40,000 bases of DNA from Bacillota bacterium. GTDB taxonomy: Bacteria; Bacillota; DTU030; DUMP01. Shown here in pieces: positions 1 through 9,228 of the stretch. Position numbers and translations under genes: made by a program. The notes below the pieces were generated by a model. It was not told where the DNA came from, searched no databases, and saw only the letters and a program-made list of their open reading frames with translations. Every line of letters begins with the position of its first letter. Position 1 is the first letter of the stretch. The stretch covers positions 10,023 to 50,022 of the forward strand of contig DURJ01000075.1 in the NCBI GenBank assembly GCA_012837285.1. The letters run 5' to 3'.

Positions 1-590
1 GATTTAAAGCCAGCTGCTCCAGCGGATCCACCGATACCGTCTACCACCTGTCCTTGGTCAACAGCTATTACCGAGGTAAAGGCTCCGCCCACTTCCACCA
101 GAATCAGGGCCGTATCCTGGTAATGAATCTGGTAAGTATGGGCTTGATCATAAATAGCCAAAATAGCGCAGTTGAGTTTGTCTGCAGTTCCCAGGTCAAT
201 TTTGTTTATCTTCCGCCATCTGGGCACAGTAGGCAGATGAACAACTGCCGGAGTAAAACAAAGAGGTAGTCTCCGAACCCGGGCCAAGTTGATCAAAGCT
301 TCCATCCCCGCTAGGACAGGAATATCCCGCCGCTCCCGGGCCTCTACCAAGGTCATTAGAAACAGTTCCCGCTCACCAATGTCTTGAACATCTGTCACTG
401 GCAAACCGTATCCGGACGGACCTAGAATTAGATCCACCGGCCCGGAAGCCGTTATCATTTCTAGGATCGATTCGGCCCTGTCCGCCACCTGGTCCGATGG
501 TACCGATTGGTCCAAAAACACTCGTCCTTGCTCCCAGCCGCAAAGGTCGAAACTTATGCTTCCTGGGTCGATACCCACCACCCGCGCCAT
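1..590 (-). CDS. ASKHA-fold, DUF1464-like protein (H4MPT-cluster associated), 3' partial because it runs off the window
   Basis: Not in the ORF track. My minus-strand translation from ATG 590-588 reads MARVVGIDPGSISFDLCGWEQGRVFLDQSVPSDQVADRAESILEMITASGPVDLILGPSGYGLPV... and stays open to position 1. The GIDPGS motif resembles the phosphate-1 motif of actin/Hsp70/sugar-kinase-fold proteins. The start lies 1 nt after the mptA stop. Confidence 0.6.
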   Translation of the reverse strand, partial: MARVVGIDPGSISFDLCGWEQGRVFLDQSVPSDQVADRAESILEMITASGPVDLILGPSGYGLPVTDVQDIGERELFLMTLVEARERRDIPVLAGMEALINLARVRRLPLCFTPAVVHLPTVPRWRKINKIDLGTADKLNCAILAIYDQAHTYQIHYQDTALILVEVGGAFTSVIAVDQGQVVDGIGGSAGAAGFK

Positions 591-591
591 A

Positions 592-1557
592 TCAGTTTCC
601 CGGATCGAGCCACACAGCCAAGCTGGTGGGCCAAGTTACGTGCTCGCCCAGGAACACCTCCCGACGCAGTTCTTTTAGGGTTCCGTACTTCTCCGCAAAC
701 ACATCGTAGCTATGGATTCCTTCATAGTTAAATTGTTTGGCCAACAGAAAAGCATCGTCCTCTAGTTCAGGATAGTCAATCGCCACCTGTCGCACCATTT
801 CCCGAACTACATCCTCCACAAAACGGGGCTGTCGGTGCGCAGCCACAATTACTTGGTACTCATCGGGACGTTTGAGCAGATCAAAAACCGGTGAGCTCAT
901 GGATGTTTCCACAATAGTGACCAAGTCCTGGGCCTGAACTTTCTGTTCGGTACCCAACAACAAGATGCCTTTCCCCCGCTGATTGTGCGAGGCCAACGGC
1001 ACAATAGACAGGATATCTTCTGCTTCCTGGCGGGAAAACCCCCTGGCCAAAAGGTCCTCTTGAGCCTGAGCCCGTACCATCTCCTGGGCACAAGGACAGG
1101 CGGTAAGCCCAGCAGCCTCAACGCCTACCAGTCCGCGGGTACGTCCAGGACGAGCCGCAGCGATGCCAATGAGGGTATAAATCTCTTGGGTGCTGACCCT
1201 TGATACAGGAGTCTGTTTTTGAACCGGATATTTGGCTTGTACCATCACTTCTGAGCGCAGAGCTCCCTGACTTTCTAAAACAGAAGCAGCCAAACTGTAA
1301 GTAAACGATTCAATGTCCATAATACGTTCCTTCACCACTTCGTCCACTGTTTGAATAATACCCTCACTAAAACGGGACATGTGTACGCCTGCTTGGTCGG
1401 GGTTCAAGTCCACAGACAAATCCAACTGGGAATAAAAAAGGTTTTCCTTTCCTTTGGCCCCGATGGAAATAATTTTTGTAATCCCGGTGATTCCCACTCG
1501 ATTTAGACTGACCTGGATCCGTGGCCTGCTTGCTTGGATGTCAATGTCCGTGTACAT
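592..1557 (-). CDS. mptA: GTP cyclohydrolase, FolE2/MptA type (GCYH-IB / archaeal MptA family)
   Basis: 321 aa. Motifs GVHMSRF and the Cys pair in LTACPCAQEM are typical of FolE2/MptA. The H4MPT-gene context favours an MptA-like role. Confidence 0.85.
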   Translation of the reverse strand: MYTDIDIQASRPRIQVSLNRVGITGITKIISIGAKGKENLFYSQLDLSVDLNPDQAGVHMSRFSEGIIQTVDEVVKERIMDIESFTYSLAASVLESQGALRSEVMVQAKYPVQKQTPVSRVSTQEIYTLIGIAAARPGRTRGLVGVEAAGLTACPCAQEMVRAQAQEDLLARGFSRQEAEDILSIVPLASHNQRGKGILLLGTEQKVQAQDLVTIVETSMSSPVFDLLKRPDEYQVIVAAHRQPRFVEDVVREMVRQVAIDYPELEDDAFLLAKQFNYEGIHSYDVFAEKYGTLKELRREVFLGEHVTWPTSLAVWLDPGN

Positions 1558-1612
1558 GGTCTCCCCTCCTTAGGTGGTGATCCAAAGTGTTTTAATTCGC
1601 CTTATAGACTTT

Positions 1613-2488
1613 TCAGCACCCTTTTTTTTGGCCAAAGAAAGGGCCGTATCCCTCCAGCAGCAACAGGACAAATATGGATGCTGTTATCAGGTCGGCTGTG
1701 GTCCCGGGATTTAAGCGATTACCTTCACTGCGAAGGTAATTGTCTAACGCAGCCAATTCCTGCTGTCCTGCCTGGGTATCTAAGGCGCCGACGGTCAAAA
1801 CCCTTTGCACCTGCTGGGATACTTCCTTAGCCCGCTGCCACCCTGCTTTACGGGCGATCAAGGTATCTGGTACTGCCGCCAATAGTACTAAGTAAGCTTT
1901 CACCACTGCTATACTCCAGTGGTTATATGTCCGCAGAGCTTTCTGTAAGGCCGGCACACCGATGGTAAACGTATAAGTATACCCACTGCAGTACTCAGCA
2001 GCAATACTGTCTCGGTGTCGGGCCAGTTCCATAACGGCTCTGAGAGAAACCGTCGGTTCCCCCGACACATCCTGATGGGATACTTCTCCCAGTCCCCCGG
2101 CTTTAGCTTCTCGTATAGCCAGATACACCTCCTTGGCATCAGCCACAGTCAGTTCATCTAACACTAAGGATAATCTATTTCGGAGTGACAACGCACCGGA
2201 GCTTATCAGTGCTGCTTTGGCCAACGGTGCCAGCAGTAACAAAATGCCTAGATTTGTATTGCAGGAAACCATATGCTGCGCAGCCCGCACCCCTTCCAAA
2301 ATAAGTTGCCCCACCGACAGTTCTTCGCTCCGGGAAAATACCGGCGCACTGGCCCAGGCACTGAGAATAAAGTCTTCATAAGTGGTATCATCAAAATCAT
2401 GCTGTCGGTTAACATTGCCTGGTTTCGGTGCCGTCACCTCTAGTATACAAGCTAGCTCTACTGCCCTGGCCACTTCCTTCGGCCTCAC
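1613..2488 (-). CDS. Triphosphoribosyl-dephospho-CoA synthase-like protein (CitG/MdcB family; H4MPT-linked 'orf21'-type)
   Basis: 291 aa. N-terminus ACILEVTAPKPGNVNRQHDFDDTTYEDF matches the CitG-family signature (E..A.KPG.V). Homologues are known to cluster with H4MPT genes in methylotrophs and archaea. Confidence 0.75.
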   Translation of the reverse strand: MRPKEVARAVELACILEVTAPKPGNVNRQHDFDDTTYEDFILSAWASAPVFSRSEELSVGQLILEGVRAAQHMVSCNTNLGILLLLAPLAKAALISSGALSLRNRLSLVLDELTVADAKEVYLAIREAKAGGLGEVSHQDVSGEPTVSLRAVMELARHRDSIAAEYCSGYTYTFTIGVPALQKALRTYNHWSIAVVKAYLVLLAAVPDTLIARKAGWQRAKEVSQQVQRVLTVGALDTQAGQQELAALDNYLRSEGNRLNPGTTADLITASIFVLLLLEGYGPFFGQKKGC

Positions 2489-2493
2489 CTGCT

Positions 2494-3366
2494 TCAGCTC
2501 CTTTCTACCACATAGTCAGCCAGGGCTCCGGCAATATCCACCGAGCAGACGCTCTGTAATCCCTGCCAACCCGGTATGCCGTTTACCTCTAATACAAACA
2601 GCTGTCCTTTTTGTGACCAAAGAAGATCGACACCGGCGTAATCAGCCCCCAAACAACCAGCTGCCTTAAGAGCCAACTCTTTTTCCTCAGAAGAAAGGAT
2701 CCGCCAAGTAGCCTCAGCTCCTTGGGCCAAGTTGGTCTTCCAGCTACAGCCGGCTCTAGTCATAGCTGCGATGACTTTCTTTCCTAGCACAAAGGCACGG
2801 ATATCCCAATTATCATGGGGAACATATTGCTGCAGATAGAAAACATAGCCCCCCAGATCCAAGGCCCGAAACACCCGCTGCGCCACATCAGGATCGCTGA
2901 CCCTCACCATCCCTTTTCCCAGCGACCCAAACAACGGTTTCACCACCACATCCCGGCCCAGCTCTTCGAAGGCAGCCAGAGCTTGTTGATAATCCTCCGT
3001 GACCACCGTCGGCGGTGTAGGTATCCCAGCCGCAGCTAAAACTGAGGAGGTGTAGTATTTATCCACTGCTTTTTCAATGACTGTAGGCGAATTGTAGACA
3101 CTGAGTCCCTGTTCCTTTAGCCGGCGGAGGATATCCATGCGTAAGATAATCTGCTCTAGAGAACCGCCAGGGATAGTTCGCACCACCAAAGCAGTGCAAT
3201 CTTGCAGTATTTTGTCCCCAACTGCAACCTCCAGGTTACCGGTGTCGATTCTGGCTGTCAGTTGGGTGATGGGATAGTGCAGTACCGTTGCACCGCGCTT
3301 TACCAAGGCCGCTTCCAGTTGCCGCCGATGCCACCCTTCTCCTCCACCTACAATGCCGATTTTCAC
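2494..3366 (-). CDS. mptN: RimK-family ATP-grasp ligase, tetrahydromethanopterin:alpha-L-glutamate ligase (MptN)-like
   Basis: 290 aa. ATP-grasp motifs VVKPLFGSLGKGMVRV, FYLQQYVP and YAGVDLL...LFVLEVNGIPGWQGL. Assignment rests on the RimK-like fold plus H4MPT context. Confidence 0.7.
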   Translation of the reverse strand: MKIGIVGGGEGWHRRQLEAALVKRGATVLHYPITQLTARIDTGNLEVAVGDKILQDCTALVVRTIPGGSLEQIILRMDILRRLKEQGLSVYNSPTVIEKAVDKYYTSSVLAAAGIPTPPTVVTEDYQQALAAFEELGRDVVVKPLFGSLGKGMVRVSDPDVAQRVFRALDLGGYVFYLQQYVPHDNWDIRAFVLGKKVIAAMTRAGCSWKTNLAQGAEATWRILSSEEKELALKAAGCLGADYAGVDLLWSQKGQLFVLEVNGIPGWQGLQSVCSVDIAGALADYVVERS

Positions 3367-3371
3367 TACCT

Positions 3372-4331
3372 CTACACCTCCAATAACGACGCTCGCAGCA
3401 GGTCGGCATTAATGCTGCCGGCACGATGGACCCGGCCGGTGGATTGATTGTTTATAACAACCTCTGCTGGACTGAACAGTAACGGGTCCATATCATAAAA
3501 ATCACCATAGCGCTTAAACAGATCTAGAAAAAGGGTACCGTAATCGGAAGACGCTGAGGACGGTACCCGATCTACCACCGCTTGAATTCTATCGCTGACA
3601 TCGGCTACCGTGTAGAAACACCGTCCGCCGTACAGCACCGCATCATTGGTCCGTCCGAGGGCTGTCAGATCATCCTGGGCCACCGGTGCCAAGGGACAGG
3701 TGCCAAAAGCCGCTCTAACACAATTTATGTCGTAACCTAAGGTTAGAAGCTTGTGAAGTCCGGTCTCCACCACCCGTGCCGCCACCTGCACTGAACCTAC
3801 AATACTGGCTGTAGAAGCAGCTATCAGCCATAGATGTTGAGGCTGCAAGCCACACTCTGCGGCCAGTTTACGGGCAACTTGTTCCGGAGGCAAACTGTCT
3901 GATTCTAAGATCAACACACCTCGCCTAGCTTGTTCCCGGTAAGCTAAAACCTTGAACACCTCTTCTTTGGCCGCCAGTGCTCGGGCCGGTCCAGAACCCA
4001 AAGCAGAAAAGCCTTCCCCTTGTACCGACCACCCGGCGTACTGAGAAGCCAGGCAAGCGATTGAAGGCTCCTGAACCGTAACCTGAATCCCCGGTAGCCA
4101 AAAATCATCAAAGGAAAGCAGCACAAACTCCACGCGGCCCAAACCTCCCAGACTAGCCTCGGCCACTAGCCGCCCGGCCTCTAAACTTCCGGGAGAATTT
4201 ATTCCCGCATCTAGCACCTGACTTCTGCCGGAAAAAGTAATGTGCTCGATCCCTAAAGCTTGCTGGTTGTCCACCAGGTGTTCTACCAGGACTGCAGCCT
4301 GTTCATTTAAGCAGATTCTGCCCGCTGGCAT
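3372..4331 (-). CDS. mch: Methenyl-tetrahydromethanopterin cyclohydrolase
   Basis: 319 aa, the typical Mch length. The N-terminus (LNEQAAVLVEHLVDNQQALGIE) and overall sequence are colinear with archaeal and methylotroph Mch. It overlaps the fwdC end by 25 nt. Confidence 0.9.
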   Translation of the reverse strand: MPAGRICLNEQAAVLVEHLVDNQQALGIEHITFSGRSQVLDAGINSPGSLEAGRLVAEASLGGLGRVEFVLLSFDDFWLPGIQVTVQEPSIACLASQYAGWSVQGEGFSALGSGPARALAAKEEVFKVLAYREQARRGVLILESDSLPPEQVARKLAAECGLQPQHLWLIAASTASIVGSVQVAARVVETGLHKLLTLGYDINCVRAAFGTCPLAPVAQDDLTALGRTNDAVLYGGRCFYTVADVSDRIQAVVDRVPSSASSDYGTLFLDLFKRYGDFYDMDPLLFSPAEVVINNQSTGRVHRAGSINADLLRASLLEV

Positions 4332-5125
4332 ATCAAAATCTCTCCCTTGCCCAATTCATTGGTATCGCCCAGATAGCGAGCACAGCTTCCCTCCCGAGCA
4401 GCCTGGGGCACTGAAACCCCTTGGTTTTCCAGTGTTCGCCAAAGGATGGGCAGGAAGCTAGGACGATAAATACAGCAATAGACAAAGGTTGGCAACAGAT
4501 GGGTGGCTTCAGTTAATACAATGGTGCCTCTGTTCATATTAGCTCCCGGATGGGCACCGCTCTGTCCAAAAACAACTAATGTTCCCGCCCGCATCCCGAC
4601 GCCAAGAAAATCACCGCTGGCACCGCTTACCGCTATCAGTCCTCGTCTCATTCTGGCCCCTACCTCGTTACCCACATTCCCTTTTATGATGATTGTGCCG
4701 CCAGTCATGCCTGTCCTTTCTCCCCTATAGCCGGCACCTACTAAGTGTCCCGCTGATCCTTCAACTCTAATTAATCCCCCTCTCATTTCAGCGCCCAACC
4801 AGTCAGCCACTTCTCCCCTTGCTCTAATCACTCCCCCCAACATACCGGAACCTAAATGCATGCCTACTGGGCCGTCAATGGTGAGCAGGCCCCGGTCCAT
4901 GCCTCGGCCCAAATACTTGACTCGGCCCAAATCACCCTCCACATGTAGCTGCCCGGTACACTCTGTACCGTCAATGGAAAAGAACTCCCCCAAAGGAACC
5001 TGCTCATTACCATATTGTAAAGGAAGCGCTGCCACTTCTCGAACGGGCTTGCCGAGGAGATGTGCCGGAGAAATGCTTTCAGCCTCCAAAGGAACTTCTA
5101 GTTTAGTTTTCAGCTTCAGTCGCAA
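4307..5125 (-). CDS. fwdC: Formylmethanofuran dehydrogenase subunit C (FwdC/FhcC)
   Basis: 272 aa. Carries the repetitive G-x-x-G beta-helix region (GMHLGSGMLGGVIRARGEVADWLGAEMRGGLIRVEGSAGHLVGAGYRG...) characteristic of FwdC and the GltB C-terminal domain. Confidence 0.85.
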   Translation of the reverse strand: MRLKLKTKLEVPLEAESISPAHLLGKPVREVAALPLQYGNEQVPLGEFFSIDGTECTGQLHVEGDLGRVKYLGRGMDRGLLTIDGPVGMHLGSGMLGGVIRARGEVADWLGAEMRGGLIRVEGSAGHLVGAGYRGERTGMTGGTIIIKGNVGNEVGARMRRGLIAVSGASGDFLGVGMRAGTLVVFGQSGAHPGANMNRGTIVLTEATHLLPTFVYCCIYRPSFLPILWRTLENQGVSVPQAAREGSCARYLGDTNELGKGEILICQRAESA

Positions 5126-5137
5126 GTTGGGATCACC

Positions 5138-6016
5138 TCATTCCAGCACCGACCGAAGTTGGATTTTGTACTGGCCCAGTTTACCCCCGTAGTTTCCGGC
5201 TGTTATCTGTACAATTCCTGGTTCACAAGCTGCCCTTATTCCAACCCGGGTGGCTTCTTCCACGGCTGCTAAATCGAGCCCGTCAATAACAATTTCCAGC
5301 ACACTGTTCACCTTCGAAGGTAAAGCCGACTCCACTCGTCCTCGCAGGCTTGGACAGTAAGCTGTGTTGGTTGACGCTAGCAGGGATTTATAGCGTGAGC
5401 CCACTTTGCTTCCGCTTCGGACTATACCGCCGGGAAAGGGCATGATAACACCGGCTACCTTTTCCATGGCCTCTACTGCCTTTGTTGCCGCCGCCAAAGT
5501 CAGTTGGTCATCAGTTCCTAGCAGCAGAAAATTGCCTCCGCCCACACCTTTACAGTAGCCAAAGCTCTCTTGAATTAGAAACTCCCCTTCCATTACTGGA
5601 ATCCGCCAGTAGCGCTGTCCGGCAATAACCTTGCTGGCTTGCCACCCATCGCCAAAGTAGCGCAGTTTCCCTCCTACCTGAAGCTGCCCATCACTCGCCA
5701 AGCCGTTGTAGCAAGCAGTGGTGGGACAAGTCATCACGCATTGCCCCAGTCGGGCTAAGAGCTGCTTTTCCAGTTCTTGAAAAGAAGTAGCAAAAAGTAA
5801 GACTGCCACCCCCGGTCGATCATCAGGTGTCGCGGATACTTCGCCTTCAATTCCAGCTTCGCAACCGCAGCCGATAATAGAAGTGGCGAAGCCGGTTACG
5901 CTTTGAGCCGCCTGTAAAGCCCATTTACGGTTGGCAGCTGTAATAATAAACCGGGTTCCATAAAGGGCGAAAGCTTCGGCAAAGGTATCGTGGATGTAGA
6001 CACCCTTTATGTACAC
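5138..6016 (-). CDS. ftr: Formylmethanofuran:tetrahydromethanopterin N-formyltransferase (Ftr/FhcD)
   Basis: The ORF track extends to 6070. A GTG at 6016 preceded by GGGAGGTGA gives MYIKGVYIHDTFAEAF..., which matches the canonical Ftr N-terminus (..EDTFAEAF..). This start overlaps the fwdA stop by 10 nt. Confidence 0.9.
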   Translation of the reverse strand: MYIKGVYIHDTFAEAFALYGTRFIITAANRKWALQAAQSVTGFATSIIGCGCEAGIEGEVSATPDDRPGVAVLLFATSFQELEKQLLARLGQCVMTCPTTACYNGLASDGQLQVGGKLRYFGDGWQASKVIAGQRYWRIPVMEGEFLIQESFGYCKGVGGGNFLLLGTDDQLTLAAATKAVEAMEKVAGVIMPFPGGIVRSGSKVGSRYKSLLASTNTAYCPSLRGRVESALPSKVNSVLEIVIDGLDLAAVEEATRVGIRAACEPGIVQITAGNYGGKLGQYKIQLRSVLE

Positions 6017-7632
6017 GAAATCACCTCCCAGGGGAAATAACGCTGTTTTTCCACTGGGTAATTGGCCCACGAGACGCTATAGACCTGCTCAAATAGCGGT
6101 GCTAACCATGAATCTACCGCCTGTCGCTGACACAGTTCCGGTAACAGAGTTTTGCCAACGCAGCTTCGTATCACCTCTCCCTTGTTAACTACCACTTGCC
6201 CTTCTTTGATTACATATTCCGGGTAAGCAAACATTTCTTGGTAATTGGCTTGGGGCCGGTAAATGGCAATATCGGCCTGAGCACCGATACCAAGATGGCC
6301 TTTGTGTCTGAGACCCAAAGCCCGTGCCGGTCCGGCCCTGGTGGTTATAGCTATCTCCGCCAACGTATACTCCCGGGACAAGTCTGAAACATTGGTCCTT
6401 TGCTGTGCTCTTTTGTTCAGCTTCGCTGCCACCTCTTCCCGGTAACTCCGATCCATTAGGAGTCTGATGATCCAAGGATAGGCGGTGAAAGGACCGGCGT
6501 TAGGATGATCAGTAGTCAAGTACACCTGCCAAGGGTTGTCAATAAGTAGAAAAAGTTCCAAACCAATGAGCCACTGCATCGCCCCGGCATAGCTCTGTTC
6601 ATGGTAAACCAAAGGCACTACCCCGGAACCGGTCTCTCCTTCGATGTCATTGTTCACCCATCGTTCGCCAGTAAGTTGATGCAGTTGGTATTGCAAGGGT
6701 CCGTCAGCGGTCATGGTGACGGCTGGGCCAAAGATCACTTGACCTACATCCACAGTCAAATTAGGATGGCTGTTGACAACAGCAGCCAGTGCTTCCGCCC
6801 CGGAAGCAAACGGCAAACCGTTAGCTTTCCGGTAACCACTAAACTGAAGATGGGTTATGTGTAACCGACGTCCAGCGGCCAGGGCCATAGTAGCCAACGC
6901 CACCTCATCGCTACCAGCCTGACCGAGACCATTGCAGTGCAGGTGAACGGCATGGGGTAGTCTTAGTTCCTCATTGATGTCCAGTAACGTGTCGATAATC
7001 TGTCTGGGAGTAACACCGTAACCGTACACTTCATCATCCAGATGTCGGACATTGCTCCCCCGTTTCCAGTTGGCAACACCACCGGGGTTTACTACTTTGA
7101 TCCCATAACCACCGGTGGCCTCAAGCAGCCAGGTTATGTAGTCCAGTAGTCGCTCTTTCTCTCGCTGACGAATCAAATTTAAAATGAAGTGGTTGTTACC
7201 CATCAAAACCAAAGCGCCCTTATCAACTATAGGTGTGTCCGCCAGTTCTTCATGAACATGGCGCGCCTTCAGTGGTGGCATCGCTGCCTCCACCACAGTA
7301 GTATAGCCCAGCTTGGCATAACGATAGCCAGTGACAAAAGTAGAGGGAACCGTAGCGCCGACACCGCTTCTGGTGCTATGGGTACGACGCACTGGATCTC
7401 GACGGTGATCTTCTGGGCACAAGATCCGCCCGGTATTAACTTTCGGACCGGCGATGTGGGTATGAATGTCGATCCCGCCTGGCATAGCTATTAACCCAGC
7501 GGCAGGAATGACAGTGTCAACGGTGCCCTGCTCCCCGGAAACAATTCTACCATTCTGCACAAAGATGCTCTTCGCCTGTCCGTGGATCCCATTGCGGGGA
7601 TCATAGACACAGGCACCTTCGATCATGAGCAT
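6007..7632 (-). CDS. fwdA: Formylmethanofuran dehydrogenase subunit A (amidohydrolase; FwdA/FhcA)
   Basis: 541 aa. Amidohydrolase metal motif GGIDIHTHIAGPKVN. Length and colinearity fit FwdA. Confidence 0.9.
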   Translation of the reverse strand: MLMIEGACVYDPRNGIHGQAKSIFVQNGRIVSGEQGTVDTVIPAAGLIAMPGGIDIHTHIAGPKVNTGRILCPEDHRRDPVRRTHSTRSGVGATVPSTFVTGYRYAKLGYTTVVEAAMPPLKARHVHEELADTPIVDKGALVLMGNNHFILNLIRQREKERLLDYITWLLEATGGYGIKVVNPGGVANWKRGSNVRHLDDEVYGYGVTPRQIIDTLLDINEELRLPHAVHLHCNGLGQAGSDEVALATMALAAGRRLHITHLQFSGYRKANGLPFASGAEALAAVVNSHPNLTVDVGQVIFGPAVTMTADGPLQYQLHQLTGERWVNNDIEGETGSGVVPLVYHEQSYAGAMQWLIGLELFLLIDNPWQVYLTTDHPNAGPFTAYPWIIRLLMDRSYREEVAAKLNKRAQQRTNVSDLSREYTLAEIAITTRAGPARALGLRHKGHLGIGAQADIAIYRPQANYQEMFAYPEYVIKEGQVVVNKGEVIRSCVGKTLLPELCQRQAVDSWLAPLFEQVYSVSWANYPVEKQRYFPWEVISCT

Positions 7633-8894
7633 TTGCTCACCCCCTGCACTAATTCGCTGATAATTTCTTCATCGCTGGGCCATGGATATTCAATCAGCTT
7701 TTTCACCGACAGGGGGACTAGATCCATACGGTAGACAGTGCCGGCGGCTCCTATTCCAGCCGGGGCCGAAGGAAAGTACACCTGAGCTACCTGAGCTGTA
7801 GGCGAATAATAGGGGTCCACAACCACTGTAGGGATTTCCTTTAAGCAGGCCGCAGCCCGGGCAGGTAATGTAACCACTGGATCGGCAGCCACAATCAGAG
7901 CCGCATCCACTTCCCGCCGCCGTAATAGATCGGTAGCAGTAAACTCCCCCGGATTATAGCGCGGGTAACCGCGGCTAAAATTGACTGCAAAAGGATATCC
8001 TGTTTGCCAGGCCAAAACACTTTCGCTGCCGGCCACATTACCGTGACCTCGCATCGGCATGGCAGCAAACTTGGTGTGCCGATTTAAGTCACGAACTAAG
8101 TCTATGGCCTGGCCTACATTATAAGGCCCACCTCTGGTCATAGTCAGACCCATCCCAAAGAAAAGCACACCATAACTGGCGGCCCGCAAAATCTCACCTA
8201 CTTCCACAAGCTGTTCCCATGGTATTCCTCCGTAAGTTGCTCGGGGGAGTTCATGGCCCTTAACCAAGGCCCGCAGTACTGTCAGCACCTCAAAATCGCC
8301 ACCTGGTTCCACCTGCAGAAACAGGTCGGCTCCTTTGGCCGTTGCTGTCTTCCGTACGTCCACCACGATCACTTGTCTGTCTTTTCTCCCTCGGGCCACC
8401 TCTAGGCCTCTGGCTGCTACAGAGTAGCGGCTAAAATGACGCGGATGAGCTTCCATCGGATTACAGCCCCAAAAAACCACCACATCAGCTCGGTTTTTAA
8501 CCTCACCCAAAGAGCAAGTGGGGATACCAACCAGCTGTTGAGCCAATGTACCGGGACCATGGCAGATTGATGACGTTGAATCGATGCTGGCCCCGATTAT
8601 TTCTGCCAAATACACCGCTTTCTTTTGAGCCTCACACGTAGTGCTGGAAAGTCCGTAAATCAATGGATGGCGAGCAGTAGCCAGAATCCTGGCCCCCGCA
8701 GCCAGTGCCGCCTTGAAGCTTGATTCCTGTCCGGCCACTCGGGGGCTTACGCCTGCAGGGGAAGCTATGAATTTAGCCCGACCTAACATACATCCTCGCA
8801 GTACAGCTGTCACTTTGTTTTCCTCCACTGTAACTTGGAGATCGTCACACAGGGACCCGCAGCCAGGACAAACAACATTCTTATGAACAACCAC
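7623..8894 (-). CDS. fwdB: Formylmethanofuran dehydrogenase subunit B (molybdo/tungstopterin subunit)
   Basis: The ORF track starts at 8963 (ATG). A GTG at 8894 with GGAGGG 6 nt upstream gives VVVHKNVVCPGCGSLCDD..., matching the FwdB N-terminus (NVVCPxCGxLCDD). Also present are DSTSSICHGPG (position of the Mo/W-ligating Cys/Sec) and GEVKNRADVVVFWGCNPMEAHPRH. Confidence 0.85.
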   Translation of the reverse strand: MVVHKNVVCPGCGSLCDDLQVTVEENKVTAVLRGCMLGRAKFIASPAGVSPRVAGQESSFKAALAAGARILATARHPLIYGLSSTTCEAQKKAVYLAEIIGASIDSTSSICHGPGTLAQQLVGIPTCSLGEVKNRADVVVFWGCNPMEAHPRHFSRYSVAARGLEVARGRKDRQVIVVDVRKTATAKGADLFLQVEPGGDFEVLTVLRALVKGHELPRATYGGIPWEQLVEVGEILRAASYGVLFFGMGLTMTRGGPYNVGQAIDLVRDLNRHTKFAAMPMRGHGNVAGSESVLAWQTGYPFAVNFSRGYPRYNPGEFTATDLLRRREVDAALIVAADPVVTLPARAAACLKEIPTVVVDPYYSPTAQVAQVYFPSAPAGIGAAGTVYRMDLVPLSVKKLIEYPWPSDEEIISELVQGVSKCS

Positions 8895-9228
8895 TGGAGT
8901 CCCTCCCCACCCAGGCCTGGAGTCCTTTGTAGCCAGGCATCCCACTCCCGTTTGTTCGTGCATCGGTCAGGCGGTTAGCTTCTGGACCGTAGGGAACAAA
9001 GGCCAGATTATGAGGCAGATCAGCTAGGCGACAGCTAAATATTCCTTCTCCAAACGCGGTGCCCACCCGGACCAAATCTCCTGCCTGCAGCCCCAATTGC
9101 TCTAGAACGGCAGCGCCTAGTTCAACCACGGCAGTTTCCTTTCGGTATAGCCCTGACTCCTTACCTTGCATCAAGCCTCGGCCCTGGTTGATGGTTCTGC
9201 CGGTAATTAGAATTACCTCAACCTTCAC
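8881..9228 (-). CDS. fwdD: Formylmethanofuran dehydrogenase subunit D (molybdopterin-dinucleotide-binding beta-barrel)
   Basis: 115 aa. ILITGRTINQGRGLMQGK...LQAGDLVRV...PYGPEANRL is typical of FwdD/FmdD. Lies directly upstream of, and overlapping, fwdB. Confidence 0.8.
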   Translation of the reverse strand: MKVEVILITGRTINQGRGLMQGKESGLYRKETAVVELGAAVLEQLGLQAGDLVRVGTAFGEGIFSCRLADLPHNLAFVPYGPEANRLTDARTNGSGMPGYKGLQAWVGRDSSGCS

